Shown here piece after piece: positions 10,049 to 21,799 of a DNA stretch of 64,000 nt; positions within the stretch are counted from its first letter, which is position 1; each line of letters begins with the position of its first letter. The DNA comes from Elusimicrobiota bacterium (GTDB taxonomy: Bacteria > Elusimicrobiota > Elusimicrobia > UBA1565 > UBA9628). The stretch covers positions 10,839 through 74,838 of the forward strand of contig DATLSD010000006.1 in the NCBI GenBank assembly GCA_035534315.1, written 5' to 3'. The position numbers and the translations under genes are program-made. The notes under the pieces were generated by a model. The model saw nothing but the letters and a program-made list of their open reading frames with translations. It ran no database searches and was not told the DNA's origin.

Positions 10049-10366
10049 CTACATGCTCATCATGACGCAGGCCGAGGAGCCGCCGCAGGTCGCGCCGCAG
10101 CGTCCGCCGCCGGCGACTTTCTCGAGCTCGCTGTCGGAAAGCTCGCCGCCCGTCTTGACCAGATCGGGCACCACGACCACCAAGTCGGCGCCGTTGCGCG
10201 CCACGGCCTTGATGTTGAAGCCTTGAGGAAGGTCCTTGCCGGAGACCTCCTTGACCGCCTTGACCGGATCCTTGAGCGCCAGCTCGCGGAACTTCGCGTC
10301 CGTCGAAGCCTTGCGCGAAAATGCCTCCAAGGCCTTTTTCTGCTCGTCTTGTGTCCAGGGTTTCAT
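10049..10366 (-). CDS. NHLP-leader lanthipeptide precursor A (core GRCGATCGGSSACVMMSM)
   Basis: 105 aa. The leader matches the nitrile-hydratase-leader pattern (FRELALKDP...ELSDSELEKVAGG). The core has 3 Cys and several Ser/Thr, and an AGGAGA RBS is present. Confidence 0.85.
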   Translation of the reverse strand: MKPWTQDEQKKALEAFSRKASTDAKFRELALKDPVKAVKEVSGKDLPQGFNIKAVARNGADLVVVVPDLVKTGGELSDSELEKVAGGGRCGATCGGSSACVMMSM

Positions 10367-10431
10367 CGTTTTCTCCTTGAATAATCTAAACGGCTCTTCG
10401 TCTTCGTTTAATTGATGCGAGAGCGCGCCCT

Positions 10432-10794
10432 TTAGACGCAGGCGCCGCCCACGCCCGGCACGTACGTTGGTCCCGGAGGCACCGTGGACGAAACTAGGCA
10501 GACCTGGCTGATGCCGCAGCTTCCCGCGCAGCGGCCGCCCGCGACCTTCTCAAGCTCGCTGTCGGAAAGCTCGCCGCCCGTCTTGACCAGATCGGGAACC
10601 ACGAGCACCATGTCCACGCCGTCCCGCGCCACGGCAGCAAGCTTGAAGTCCGGCGGCAGCTCCTTGCCGGAGACTTCCTTGACCGCCTTGGCCGGGTCCT
10701 TAAGCGCCAGTTCCCGGAACTTCGCGTCCGTCGAGGCCTTGCGCGCGAACGCCTCCAAGGCCTTTTTCTTCTCGTCCTGAGTCCAAGGTTTCAT
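10432..10794 (-). CDS. NHLP-leader lanthipeptide precursor B (core RCAGSCGISQVCLVSSTVPPGPTYVPGVGGACV)
   Basis: An internal start (MKPWTQDEKKK) lies inside the 249-aa track ORF, giving 120 aa. The leader is about 90% identical to precursor A, and a GGAG RBS sits upstream of the ATG at 10794. Confidence 0.85.
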   Translation of the reverse strand: MKPWTQDEKKKALEAFARKASTDAKFRELALKDPAKAVKEVSGKELPPDFKLAAVARDGVDMVLVVPDLVKTGGELSDSELEKVAGGRCAGSCGISQVCLVSSTVPPGPTYVPGVGGACV

Positions 10795-10804
10795 TGATTT
10801 CTCC

Positions 10805-11509
10805 TTAATCCAAGCGCAGCTTAAAATTGTCCGGCAGGCTCCGGCCCAGCACCTCGGCGGCCGCCGCCCGCGGATTCGACATGAATTTCTCGCGAAAACC
10901 GGGTTGGGAGGCGGCGCGCTTGGCGACGGCGCGGCGGAGGCACGCCAGTTCAAACTCGCTTGGAAGCGGCGCGGCGGGGAATGCCTCCCCCTCGCCAAAT
11001 CGCGCGACGCGTTCGGCCAGAATTTCGCGCCAGAACTCGCGCGCGGACTGGAGATTATCGGCGAAACTTTGGGAAAAAGCCGGGGCCGGAATTTTTTCGG
11101 CGCCTTCGCCCAACAGCGAGTTGAAATGGGCAAGCCCTTCTCGAAGCCTTTTCGATTCCGCCGCGTCCGCCCGCCCGTCAAGCCTTCTCGCGTCGAAAGC
11201 GGCGCACCGGGCTTGGGCTCCGGGCGTGAAAATGGGAGTAAAGCGTCCGCGCGCGGCGGAAATTTCCATCAAGTCGAACAGGAATTCTCCGCTTGAAACG
11301 CGCAAAAGTCGGTGGCGCCGGATAAAGACGCCGCTGTCGGCGTCGCGGCGCGCTAAAAATAGGTCGAGCCGGCCCTCAAGAACCAGCCACGCCCGGCCTT
11401 CGGATCCGCACTGCACGTAGGGGACGCCGGCGGGAAGTTCCTGTCCGATGTCCTCGATTCTCGACGGCGTGGCCTCGGACGCTCCAATCATCGGAGGGGA
11501 TGTTATCAT
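10805..11509 (-). CDS. Hypothetical protein: cNMP-binding-like N-domain fused to a C-terminal NHLP-leader-like segment with no core
   Basis: 234 aa. The N-terminus (VQCGSEGRAWLVLEGRLDLFLA) resembles the N-terminus of the partial gene at 1..911. The C-terminus (FREKFMSNPRAAAAEVLGRSLPDNFKL) aligns with the precursor leaders. Confidence 0.5.
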   Translation of the reverse strand: MITSPPMIGASEATPSRIEDIGQELPAGVPYVQCGSEGRAWLVLEGRLDLFLARRDADSGVFIRRHRLLRVSSGEFLFDLMEISAARGRFTPIFTPGAQARCAAFDARRLDGRADAAESKRLREGLAHFNSLLGEGAEKIPAPAFSQSFADNLQSAREFWREILAERVARFGEGEAFPAAPLPSEFELACLRRAVAKRAASQPGFREKFMSNPRAAAAEVLGRSLPDNFKLRLD

Positions 11510-11525
11510 ATTCCTAAAATAAGAT

Positions 11526-12554
11526 TTAGCGGCCGAAAAAGGCCCAGGCCGCGGCCGCGTTGCACAGCAAATAGGCCGCCGGATAAAGCGCGCGGGAGAA
11601 GGACCGGATGCGCGCCGCGGCTTTCGCGGAGCGACCGTCCGCGACGCGGTGAACGATGACGATTTCCACGATAGTAACGGCGGAAAAGACGAAGCCGATG
11701 AGGAAAAAAGCGTCGATATAGGTCAAGTACGGCAGGTGCGGCAGGCTGCCTGAAATCACGAAGAGAAAGGCGATCATGGTCAGGGCGGCGCTCAGGGCCA
11801 CGGAGAACTGGGCGGCCGTGTCGGTTTCCTTAATCCAAAGAGCGCAATAAGAAACGATGACCATGATAAAGAGCGGCAGAAAGACTTTCCAGATGTAGTA
11901 GCCGTAGCGCCGCTTGATGACCATGTTGAAGTCGATTTCCGGGATGCTGCCGCCCTTGCCGCCCAAGACTGACTCGGCCGGCACGGCCCGCATTCCCAAC
12001 ATTTTCCATTGCGCCAAGAGGGCCCAGGGCTGGCTGTTGATGCCGGTCTGTCCCGCATCAGGGACAAGCGCAACCGCATCCCGCTCATCCAAGAACGGTT
12101 GAAGCACCACGGGCAGGACCTGCTCGTCAAATGGAAAACGGTGGAAGGTCATCTGCATGGTCAGGTCGTCCTCGAAATCTTCCCAGAAAACAACCGTGCC
12201 GTCGGGATGCCGGCGGATGTTGGTTCCCAGCTTGAAGAGCCCGTTGACCGCGTTAGCCATGACGATGTTGGGCGTCCAAATTTTTTCCGGGTCGCACAGC
12301 CGGTCCGTGTCCTTGGCGCCGCGCGGCGCATACTTAAGACGGGAATCTTTCCATTGTTCGTAGAGATAGCCGCGGACGCGGAAGGTTTCCCCGACCTCGT
12401 CCACGCCGACCAAGTCGGTCACGTAGACGCCCACCTTGACCGGCACCCGCCCGTTTCTGCCCGGCGGCGGCGCGATAGAGGCGGCCGAGGAAGGCCGCAG
12501 GCTCAGGCCCAAGGATAAAATCAGGAACAACGCCGGGATTCTCGCGCGCCTCAT
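11526..12554 (-). CDS. Prokaryotic pentameric ligand-gated ion channel (Cys-loop receptor family homolog)
   Basis: A signal peptide from internal Met MRRARIPALF precedes the ligand-binding-domain pattern VKVGVYVTDLVGVDEVGETFRVRGYLYEQWKDSRLKY. There are four C-terminal TM helices. The track ORF (to 12806) carries an implausible N-extension. Confidence 0.7.
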   Translation of the reverse strand: MRRARIPALFLILSLGLSLRPSSAASIAPPPGRNGRVPVKVGVYVTDLVGVDEVGETFRVRGYLYEQWKDSRLKYAPRGAKDTDRLCDPEKIWTPNIVMANAVNGLFKLGTNIRRHPDGTVVFWEDFEDDLTMQMTFHRFPFDEQVLPVVLQPFLDERDAVALVPDAGQTGINSQPWALLAQWKMLGMRAVPAESVLGGKGGSIPEIDFNMVIKRRYGYYIWKVFLPLFIMVIVSYCALWIKETDTAAQFSVALSAALTMIAFLFVISGSLPHLPYLTYIDAFFLIGFVFSAVTIVEIVIVHRVADGRSAKAAARIRSFSRALYPAAYLLCNAAAAWAFFGR

Positions 12555-12776
12555 CAAGCGGAGATTATATCCTAAAAATGCTATCGTGATCGTGATGTTC
12601 GTCCTTTTGTTGCACCGGAGCCGCCCATGAAAAAGCAGTGCGTCGCGATGACGTCCGTCACCACCTACTCCGCCGCCCACCGGTGTCTCAAGGGCGCCGA
12701 CGCCCCCAAAAGCGGCCGTCGCCGGCTCTGCGCCCATCACCGCGCCCAAGCCGTCCGCGCCGGAAGCAGGTAAGTT

Positions 12777-13688
12777 TTGGCCAAACGGGAACTGCCCCGC
12801 TGGCAAGCCTTTCCGCTTGTCGCCCTGCTAAGCGCCCTTGGGCTCTTCGCTTCGGCCCTGCCGCGGCGCCTTGAAGTTTCCCTGGCCCGCACCCTGGGCC
12901 GGCTGGTGTTCCAGGCCCGGCTTTTCAAGCGCCGGGTGGTGGAATCCAACGTCAAGCGCTGCCTGCCGAAACTCAGCTTCGCCGAACGCCGCAGGCTCAT
13001 TCGGAACAACTACGAGCACTACGGGCTTCTCCTCTTCGAGTACATGCATTTTTTCTCCCCCTTCAAGGGCCACTGGCGTCGCTACGTTCCCACCGTCGCG
13101 CGCATGGAAGGCTTCGAACATTGGGAAAAGGCCCACGCGCGCGGCCGCGGCGTGATTTTCTTCTGCTCGCACCTGGGCTCCTGGGAAGCGGGAGCGGCCT
13201 CCATCGCCTTAAGCGGCGTCGAGGCCACCATCGTGACCACGGTCTTGACCCCGCGCTGGCTGCACGACAAGATCACGGCCTGCCGCGATTCGGTGGGCAT
13301 GAAGGCGGCTTATCACCCGGGCTCCATGCCCGCGGTGCTCAAAACCCTGCGCCGCGGCGGCTCGGTCGCCTTCATGAACGATCAGTACGCCGCGCCGCCC
13401 ATGGGCCTGCCGGCGGTTTTCTTCGGAACCAGCGTGGATACCTTAGCGGTCGTCGGGCCCCTGGCGCGACGGACCGGCGCGGCCGTGCTGCCGCTGCACA
13501 CCTTCCGCGCCGCCGACGGCATGACCACGGCCGTCATCGAGCCTGAATTAGAATTGGGCGACGCCTTGGACGACGCCTCGGCCGCGACCCAGCGCGTGGC
13601 CAGCCGTGTGGAATCCTGGGTGCGCGCCAACCCGGAACATTGGCTCTGGATGCACCGCCGGTTCAAGAACGTCGCGCCCGCGGCCTAA
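12777..13688 (+). CDS. Lipid A biosynthesis (LpxL/HtrB-like) lysophospholipid acyltransferase
   Basis: 303 aa with an N-terminal TM and the general LpxL-family layout. Confidence 0.65.
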   Translation: MAKRELPRWQAFPLVALLSALGLFASALPRRLEVSLARTLGRLVFQARLFKRRVVESNVKRCLPKLSFAERRRLIRNNYEHYGLLLFEYMHFFSPFKGHWRRYVPTVARMEGFEHWEKAHARGRGVIFFCSHLGSWEAGAASIALSGVEATIVTTVLTPRWLHDKITACRDSVGMKAAYHPGSMPAVLKTLRRGGSVAFMNDQYAAPPMGLPAVFFGTSVDTLAVVGPLARRTGAAVLPLHTFRAADGMTTAVIEPELELGDALDDASAATQRVASRVESWVRANPEHWLWMHRRFKNVAPAA

Positions 13689-13706
13689 AAGTCCTCAGCC
13701 TGCCCT

Positions 13707-14391
<685 letters not shown>

Positions 14392-14402
<11 letters not shown>

Positions 14403-17064
14403 CCGGCTCTCCCAGCGGCAGCGAAAATTTAAAAGAAGCGCCGCCTCCTTCGCGGCTCTCGGCCCAGATGCGCCCGCCGTGCGCGTTCAAGACCGCCCGG
14501 CAGATCGCCAGGCCCAAGCCGGCGCCCTTCGAGCCCTTGGCGTGATAGAATTTTTCAAAAACTTTTTCGAGGTCCTCGGGCGGGACGCCCGGCCCGCGGT
14601 CGGCCACCTCGACGATCAAGCGATCTTTTTCGGCCCGCGCGGTGACGGCGATGGGTGTTCCCTCGGGGGTGTGCCGCGCCGCGTTCTCCAGGAGGTTCAT
14701 GAAAACCTGCTCGATGAGCACGCCGTCCATCGGAACCAGCGGCAGGTCGGGAGGCACGCTGGTCGTTATCTCCCGGCGCGCGAGCATCGCCTCAAGGCGC
14801 CCCAGGGCCGAGCCGGCGATCTCCTCGATGGAGCCGGGCTCCTTGCGCAGCGCCACCGCGCCCGTTTCAAGGCGCGTGGTCTCGATGAGATTGGCGACCA
14901 AACGCGCCAGCCACTGGCCCTCCTCGATGACATTCTCCACGAGCTCGCGAGCCTTGTGCGTCAGCGGAGCGCCCGCATCCTGAAGCAGGCTCGTGGCCGA
15001 GCCGATGATGGCGGCTAAAGGCGTGCGCAAATCATGCGAAACTGACGAGAGCAGGGAACTGCGCAATCGCTCGGTCTCGGCGTCGATTTGCGACTGGCGC
15101 GCGCTTTCCTGGAGACGATCGACCTCGAGTGCCAGGCCGATTTGATGAGCGAAGGATTCCAGGAGCAGCATCTGATCGGGAATCAAAAGACGCTCCCGCG
15201 AGTGCGGCTGGACGCGGAGCACGCCCACGGGCCCCTCCGCGCCGGTCAAGGGCGCGTAGAGCGCGTTGACCACGGGCAGGGTCTGCGTGCCCAGTCCGGC
15301 CGACTGCCCCAGATCAAACACCCACTGCGCGACGCTGCGCTCCTTTTCATCGAGTTCCCGCTTGGCGCCCGAGGCGCTGCGGACTTCCAGAGCCCCCCGT
15401 TCCCCTTGCATGAGCGCGATGATGTCGCTGTCGAAAACCTCCGCGACATGGCGCGCCGCCACATCCAAAATAGCCTGCACGCCGCGCGTGCCGGCGAGCT
15501 CGCGGCTCAGGGAGTGCATCGCGGCCGTACGCATCTCTCCCAGGCGCGCCGACTCGGCCTGGGCTTGGATGCGCACGGTCAGCCCCGAGATGAAGAGCGC
15601 CACCGCCGCCATGACGACGAAGGTCACCAGGTAATCCCCGCTGCTCACGCTGAATGTAAAGCGCGGAGGCACGAAGAAGAAGTCGAAGCAGAGCACGGCC
15701 AGGATGGAGTAGAGCGCCGCGGGGCGGCGATGCCCGCGGGAAGCCACCAGCACGGCGCCGGCCAGGTAGAGCATGATGAGATCGGTCAGCGCCAAGTACG
15801 GGGAGACGAGAAAATCCAAGAGAGTGACCGCGGCCGCGGCGCCCGCCGCGACTACGTATTCCCACGGCGGCGTTTCCGGCTTCTTGGCCAATGCGGACGG
15901 AGCCGGTTCGGCGGCCGGGCCCTCTCCGCGGATGACGTAGACGTCGATGTCTCCGCTTTTCTGCACCAATTGATCGACGATGCTGCCGCGCAAGATCTCC
16001 TTCCAGCGCTGCCGCGCGCTCTTTCCTACCACGAGCTTGGTGACGTTGCGCTGCCGGGCCAAATCCAGCATGCCCTCGACCACGTCGCGTGTCGTCAGCG
16101 TGAGGGTCTGGGCGCCTAATTGTCCGGCCAAGCGCAGATTGTCGATGGCGCTGCTGCGCGCCGTCTCGGAGAGCCGCTGGGCCTGGGAATCAACGAAGAC
16201 GGCCAGCCACTCGGCGTGAAGGCCCGCGGCCATGCGCCGGGTTGCGCGGACGAGCTTCGCGGAACTGGGCCCGGGACCGACCGCGACCAGAAGCCGTTCG
16301 CGCGTGGGCCAGATGGCCTCGGGGGCTTGGCGGCGGCGGTAGGATTCCACCACAGCGGCCACGCCCTCGGCCGTGGCGCGCAGGGAGAGCTCGCGCAGCG
16401 CGGACAAATTGGACATCTTGAAGAAGCTCTGCACCGCGCGTTCGGCCATGTCGGGGACGTAGACCTTGCCCTCCTTCAAGCGATCCAAAAGCTCCTCGGG
16501 CGGCAAGTCGACCAGCTCGACGTCGGCGCGCTCCAAGACGGAGTCCGGCACGGTCTCGCGCACGATGACGCCCGTAATGCGCGCGACGATGTCGTTCAAG
16601 GTCTCCAAATGCTGGATGTTGAGAGTCGTGTAGACGTCGATGCCGCGATCCAGAAGCTCCAACACGTCTTGCCAGCGTTTGGAATGGCGGCTTCCCGGAG
16701 CGTTGGTATGCGCGAGTTCATCGACGAGAAGAAGCCCGGGCCTGCGCGCCAGGGCCGCGTCGATGTCGAAATCGTAGAGCTTGATGCCCCGGTGTTCGCC
16801 GACGCGGCGGGGTAGGACTTCCAGACCGTCGAGCAGTTCCCGGGTCTCGCGGCGGCCATGGGTCTCCGCCAGGCCCACGGCCACGTCCTCGCCATCGTTT
16901 TTCTTGATGCGCGCCGCCTGGAGCATGGCGTAGGTCTTGCCCACGCCGGGCGCGGCGCCGAGGAAAATCTTAAGCCTGCCGCCGACGCCGCGGGTCTCGT
17001 CCTGGCGCGCCTCGGGCAGGAAGGCTTCGGGTTCCGGGCGTTTTCGCTCTCTGGGCATTTTCAT
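14392..17064 (-). CDS. kdpD: Sensor histidine kinase KdpD
   Basis: 890 aa. An N-terminal KdpD/P-loop domain (GAAPGVGKTYAML) is followed by USP and TM regions, a GAF domain, the HisKA motif (SHDLRTPL) and an HATPase domain. Confidence 0.9.
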
Positions 17065-17114
17065 CTACTTAAATAACATGTTTGCGCCACCGACGCAATG
17101 AGACGGGGGCGAGA

Positions 17115-17732
17115 TCATCTTCCTCGGGCCCGGCGGGAAGATCGGATCATCCGCCGCAAGCTTTCGTTGAGCATCAGGACGTTGACCCGCGGTTCTCCGA
17201 AAATTCCCAGCGCGCGGCCTTGAACGCGCTTGAGAACGAGGGCGCGCACGGCCGCTTCGGAGATTCCATAGCGCCGGACGGCGGCCGCCACGCGCGGCAG
17301 CTGCCAGAGGGCCGCGGCCGGGCTGATGTCGGGATCAAGCCCGCTGCCCGAGGCGGTCACGAGCTCCGGCGGAATGGGCGCCGCGTTACCGGGCTCGGAG
17401 GCGCGCAGGGCGCCGACACGGGCTTGGACGCTTTGAAGCAGCGCGGGGTTGGTCGGACCGAGATTCGAGCCCGAGGAAGACGCCGCGTTGTAGGGAAACG
17501 GCGTCGTCGCCGAGGGGCGGCTCCAGAAGTACATGGGACTTGAGAACGACTGGCCGATAAGCTCCGAGCCCGCGACCTTGCCGTCTTGGACGATGAGGCT
17601 GCCGTTGGCCTGCCAAGGAAACAGGAACTGGGCCAGGCCGGTCACCAGAGCCGGATAAGCGAGTCCGGTCAGGATGGAGAAGGCCGCGAACATCAGCGCC
17701 GCCGGCCGGAGTTGGCTGAGAAGTGTTTTCAT
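17115..17732 (-). CDS. kdpC: Potassium-transporting ATPase subunit C
   Basis: 205 aa with a single N-terminal TM; sits between kdpB and kdpD. Confidence 0.9.
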   Translation of the reverse strand: MKTLLSQLRPAALMFAAFSILTGLAYPALVTGLAQFLFPWQANGSLIVQDGKVAGSELIGQSFSSPMYFWSRPSATTPFPYNAASSSGSNLGPTNPALLQSVQARVGALRASEPGNAAPIPPELVTASGSGLDPDISPAAALWQLPRVAAAVRRYGISEAAVRALVLKRVQGRALGIFGEPRVNVLMLNESLRRMIRSSRRARGR

Positions 17733-17744
17733 GTCGATTCCTCG

Positions 17745-19817
<2,073 letters not shown>

Positions 19818-19818
19818 T

Positions 19819-21585
19819 TTAGCGCGCCCCCATCATCATGAGATGCTCGGCGATCGGCCCAAGGGCCAGAGCGGGCACGAAGGTCAAGGCGCCGACGATG
19901 AGCACCACCGAGATCAGCAGCAGGACGAAGAGCGGCGTATGCGTCGGGAGCGTGCCCTCGCCCGCGGGCACGATCTTCTTGCGGGCAAGCGAGCCCGCGA
20001 TGGCCAGCGTCGGCACCATGATCCAAAAGCGGCCCATGAGCATGACGAAGCCGCCCAGGACATCGTAGAACGGCACGGCGGCGTTTAAGCCCGCGAAGGC
20101 GCTGCCGTTGTTGTTGGCCATGGAGGAGAACGCGTAGAGGATTTCGGAGAAACCGTGCGCGCCGGGGTTGGCCAAGGACGCCTTGGCCGCGGCGCTCACG
20201 ACGGCGATGGCCGTGGGCACGAGGACGATGATGGGCATAATGAGGATGACGACGGAGGCCATCTTCATCTCGTAGGCCCCGATTTTCTTGCCTAGGTATT
20301 CCGGCGTGCGGCCGACCATCAGCCCCGCGACAAAGACCGCGACCAAGACGAAGACGAGCATGCCGTAGAGCCCGCAGCCTATGCCTCCGAAAATGACCTC
20401 GCCAAGCTCGATGAGGAAGAGCGGCACCATCCCGCCCAAGGGCGTGAACGAATCGTGCATCGAGTTGACCGAGCCGTTGGAAGCCGCGGTCGTGGCCGCG
20501 GCCCACAGCGCGGAGTCCGTGACGCCGAAGCGCGCCTCCTTACCCTCCATGTTGCCTCCGGGCGAGGCGGCCAAGCCTTCCTGCGCGGCCGTGCTCACGC
20601 CCATCTTGGCGATGAGCGGATTGCCCTTCTGTTCGCTCACGGTGCACAGGACCAGCAAGGGAATCAGGATAAGCGTCATGGCGGCCATGATCGCCCAGCC
20701 CTGTCTGCGGTCTTCGACCATGACGCCGAACATCACGCAGCAAGCGGCGCCTAAGGCCAGGATGGCCCAGAGTTCTGCAAAGTCCGAGAGCGGCGTGGGG
20801 TTCTCGAAAGGATGCGCCGAGTTCACGTTGTAGTAGCCGCCGCCGTTGGTGCCGAGCTGTTTAATGGCGATCTGCGAGGCCACGGGACCAAGCGGCAGGC
20901 TCTGCTCCGCGGCCGTCGCGGTTTTTCCGTTGTCCTGATAAGAGACGGGCTCCATCATTGTCGCCTGGGCTGAGGGTCCGAAAGTCTGCGGCACGCCCTG
21001 CCAAACAAGGAACAGGGCCATGATGAATGAGAGCGGCAGCAGGATGTAGAGCGTCGAGCGCGTTAGGTCGGCCCAGAAGCTGCCCAGGTTCTCGGATTCC
21101 TTCCGGCGCAGAGCGCGGATGAAGGCGGCTAGCACGGCCATCGCGGTCGCCACCGACAGGAAGTTTTGCACGGTCAGGCCCAGCATCTGGGTCAGGTAGC
21201 TCATGGTGGTTTCGCCGCCGTAGTCCTGCCAATTGGTGTTGGTGGCGAAGCTCACCGCCGTGTTGAACGCGCTGTGCGGGATAACGGCTGCGAGCGCCAA
21301 GGGATTGAGAGGCAAGAATCCCTGCAGGCGCTCGAGCGCGTAGACCGCGAGCACGCCTAAGAAGTTAAAGGCGAGCGCCGCGGCAGCGTAGGTTTTCCAG
21401 CCCATGGCCTCGTCCGGATCGACGCCCGTCAAGCGGTAGAGCGCGCGCTCCACGGGGCCCAACACGCGGCCCAGCCAGCCCGGCTTGCCCTCATAGACGC
21501 GGGCCATATAGGGCCCGTAGATTGCCCCGAAGCCGATGACGGCGGCGAAATAGAGAACGTCCTGCGCTATGGCGTTTGTAGTCAT
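19819..21585 (-). CDS. kdpA: Potassium-transporting ATPase subunit A
   Basis: 588 aa polytopic membrane protein in the kdpFABC order. Confidence 0.95.
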   Translation of the reverse strand: MTTNAIAQDVLYFAAVIGFGAIYGPYMARVYEGKPGWLGRVLGPVERALYRLTGVDPDEAMGWKTYAAAALAFNFLGVLAVYALERLQGFLPLNPLALAAVIPHSAFNTAVSFATNTNWQDYGGETTMSYLTQMLGLTVQNFLSVATAMAVLAAFIRALRRKESENLGSFWADLTRSTLYILLPLSFIMALFLVWQGVPQTFGPSAQATMMEPVSYQDNGKTATAAEQSLPLGPVASQIAIKQLGTNGGGYYNVNSAHPFENPTPLSDFAELWAILALGAACCVMFGVMVEDRRQGWAIMAAMTLILIPLLVLCTVSEQKGNPLIAKMGVSTAAQEGLAASPGGNMEGKEARFGVTDSALWAAATTAASNGSVNSMHDSFTPLGGMVPLFLIELGEVIFGGIGCGLYGMLVFVLVAVFVAGLMVGRTPEYLGKKIGAYEMKMASVVILIMPIIVLVPTAIAVVSAAAKASLANPGAHGFSEILYAFSSMANNNGSAFAGLNAAVPFYDVLGGFVMLMGRFWIMVPTLAIAGSLARKKIVPAGEGTLPTHTPLFVLLLISVVLIVGALTFVPALALGPIAEHLMMMGAR

Positions 21586-21592
21586 GGTATCC

Positions 21593-21682
21593 TCAGAAGA
21601 GTTCCGGCTTGAACAAGGCGATGAATAGGTAGACGCACAACCCGCACGACAAGGCGAGCGCGACCCAATAAAGCACGGTCAT
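21593..21682 (-). CDS. kdpF: Potassium-transporting ATPase subunit F (29-aa micropeptide)
   Basis: Hand translation gives MTVLYWVALALSCGLCVYLFIALFKPELF, a single TM of KdpF-like length and ending, 7 nt upstream of kdpA. It is below the ORF-track size cutoff. Confidence 0.6.
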   Translation of the reverse strand: MTVLYWVALALSCGLCVYLFIALFKPELF

Positions 21683-21777
21683 GATGGACCTCCGGAAAGG
21701 CGATCGAAAAGCTCGACCATGATCCAAGTGACCGCGAAGAAGGCGGCGGTCAAGCCCAAGTACATGAGATCGTCCAT
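21679..21777 (-). CDS. Additional 32-aa hydrophobic micropeptide translationally coupled (ATGA) to kdpF
   Basis: Hand translation gives MDDLMYLGLTAAFFAVTWIMVELFDRLSGGPS. A strong AAGGAGAAAAAAC-ATG RBS precedes it. Confidence 0.35.
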   Translation of the reverse strand: MDDLMYLGLTAAFFAVTWIMVELFDRLSGGPS

Positions 21778-21799
21778 GTTTTTTCTCCTTAACAAGCTC

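Noticed and set aside
9957-10780. Plus-strand ORFs (9957..10226, 10484..10780) opposite the precursor genes
   Set aside because: Antisense frames of the NHLP precursors with Pro/Ser-rich nonsense translation.
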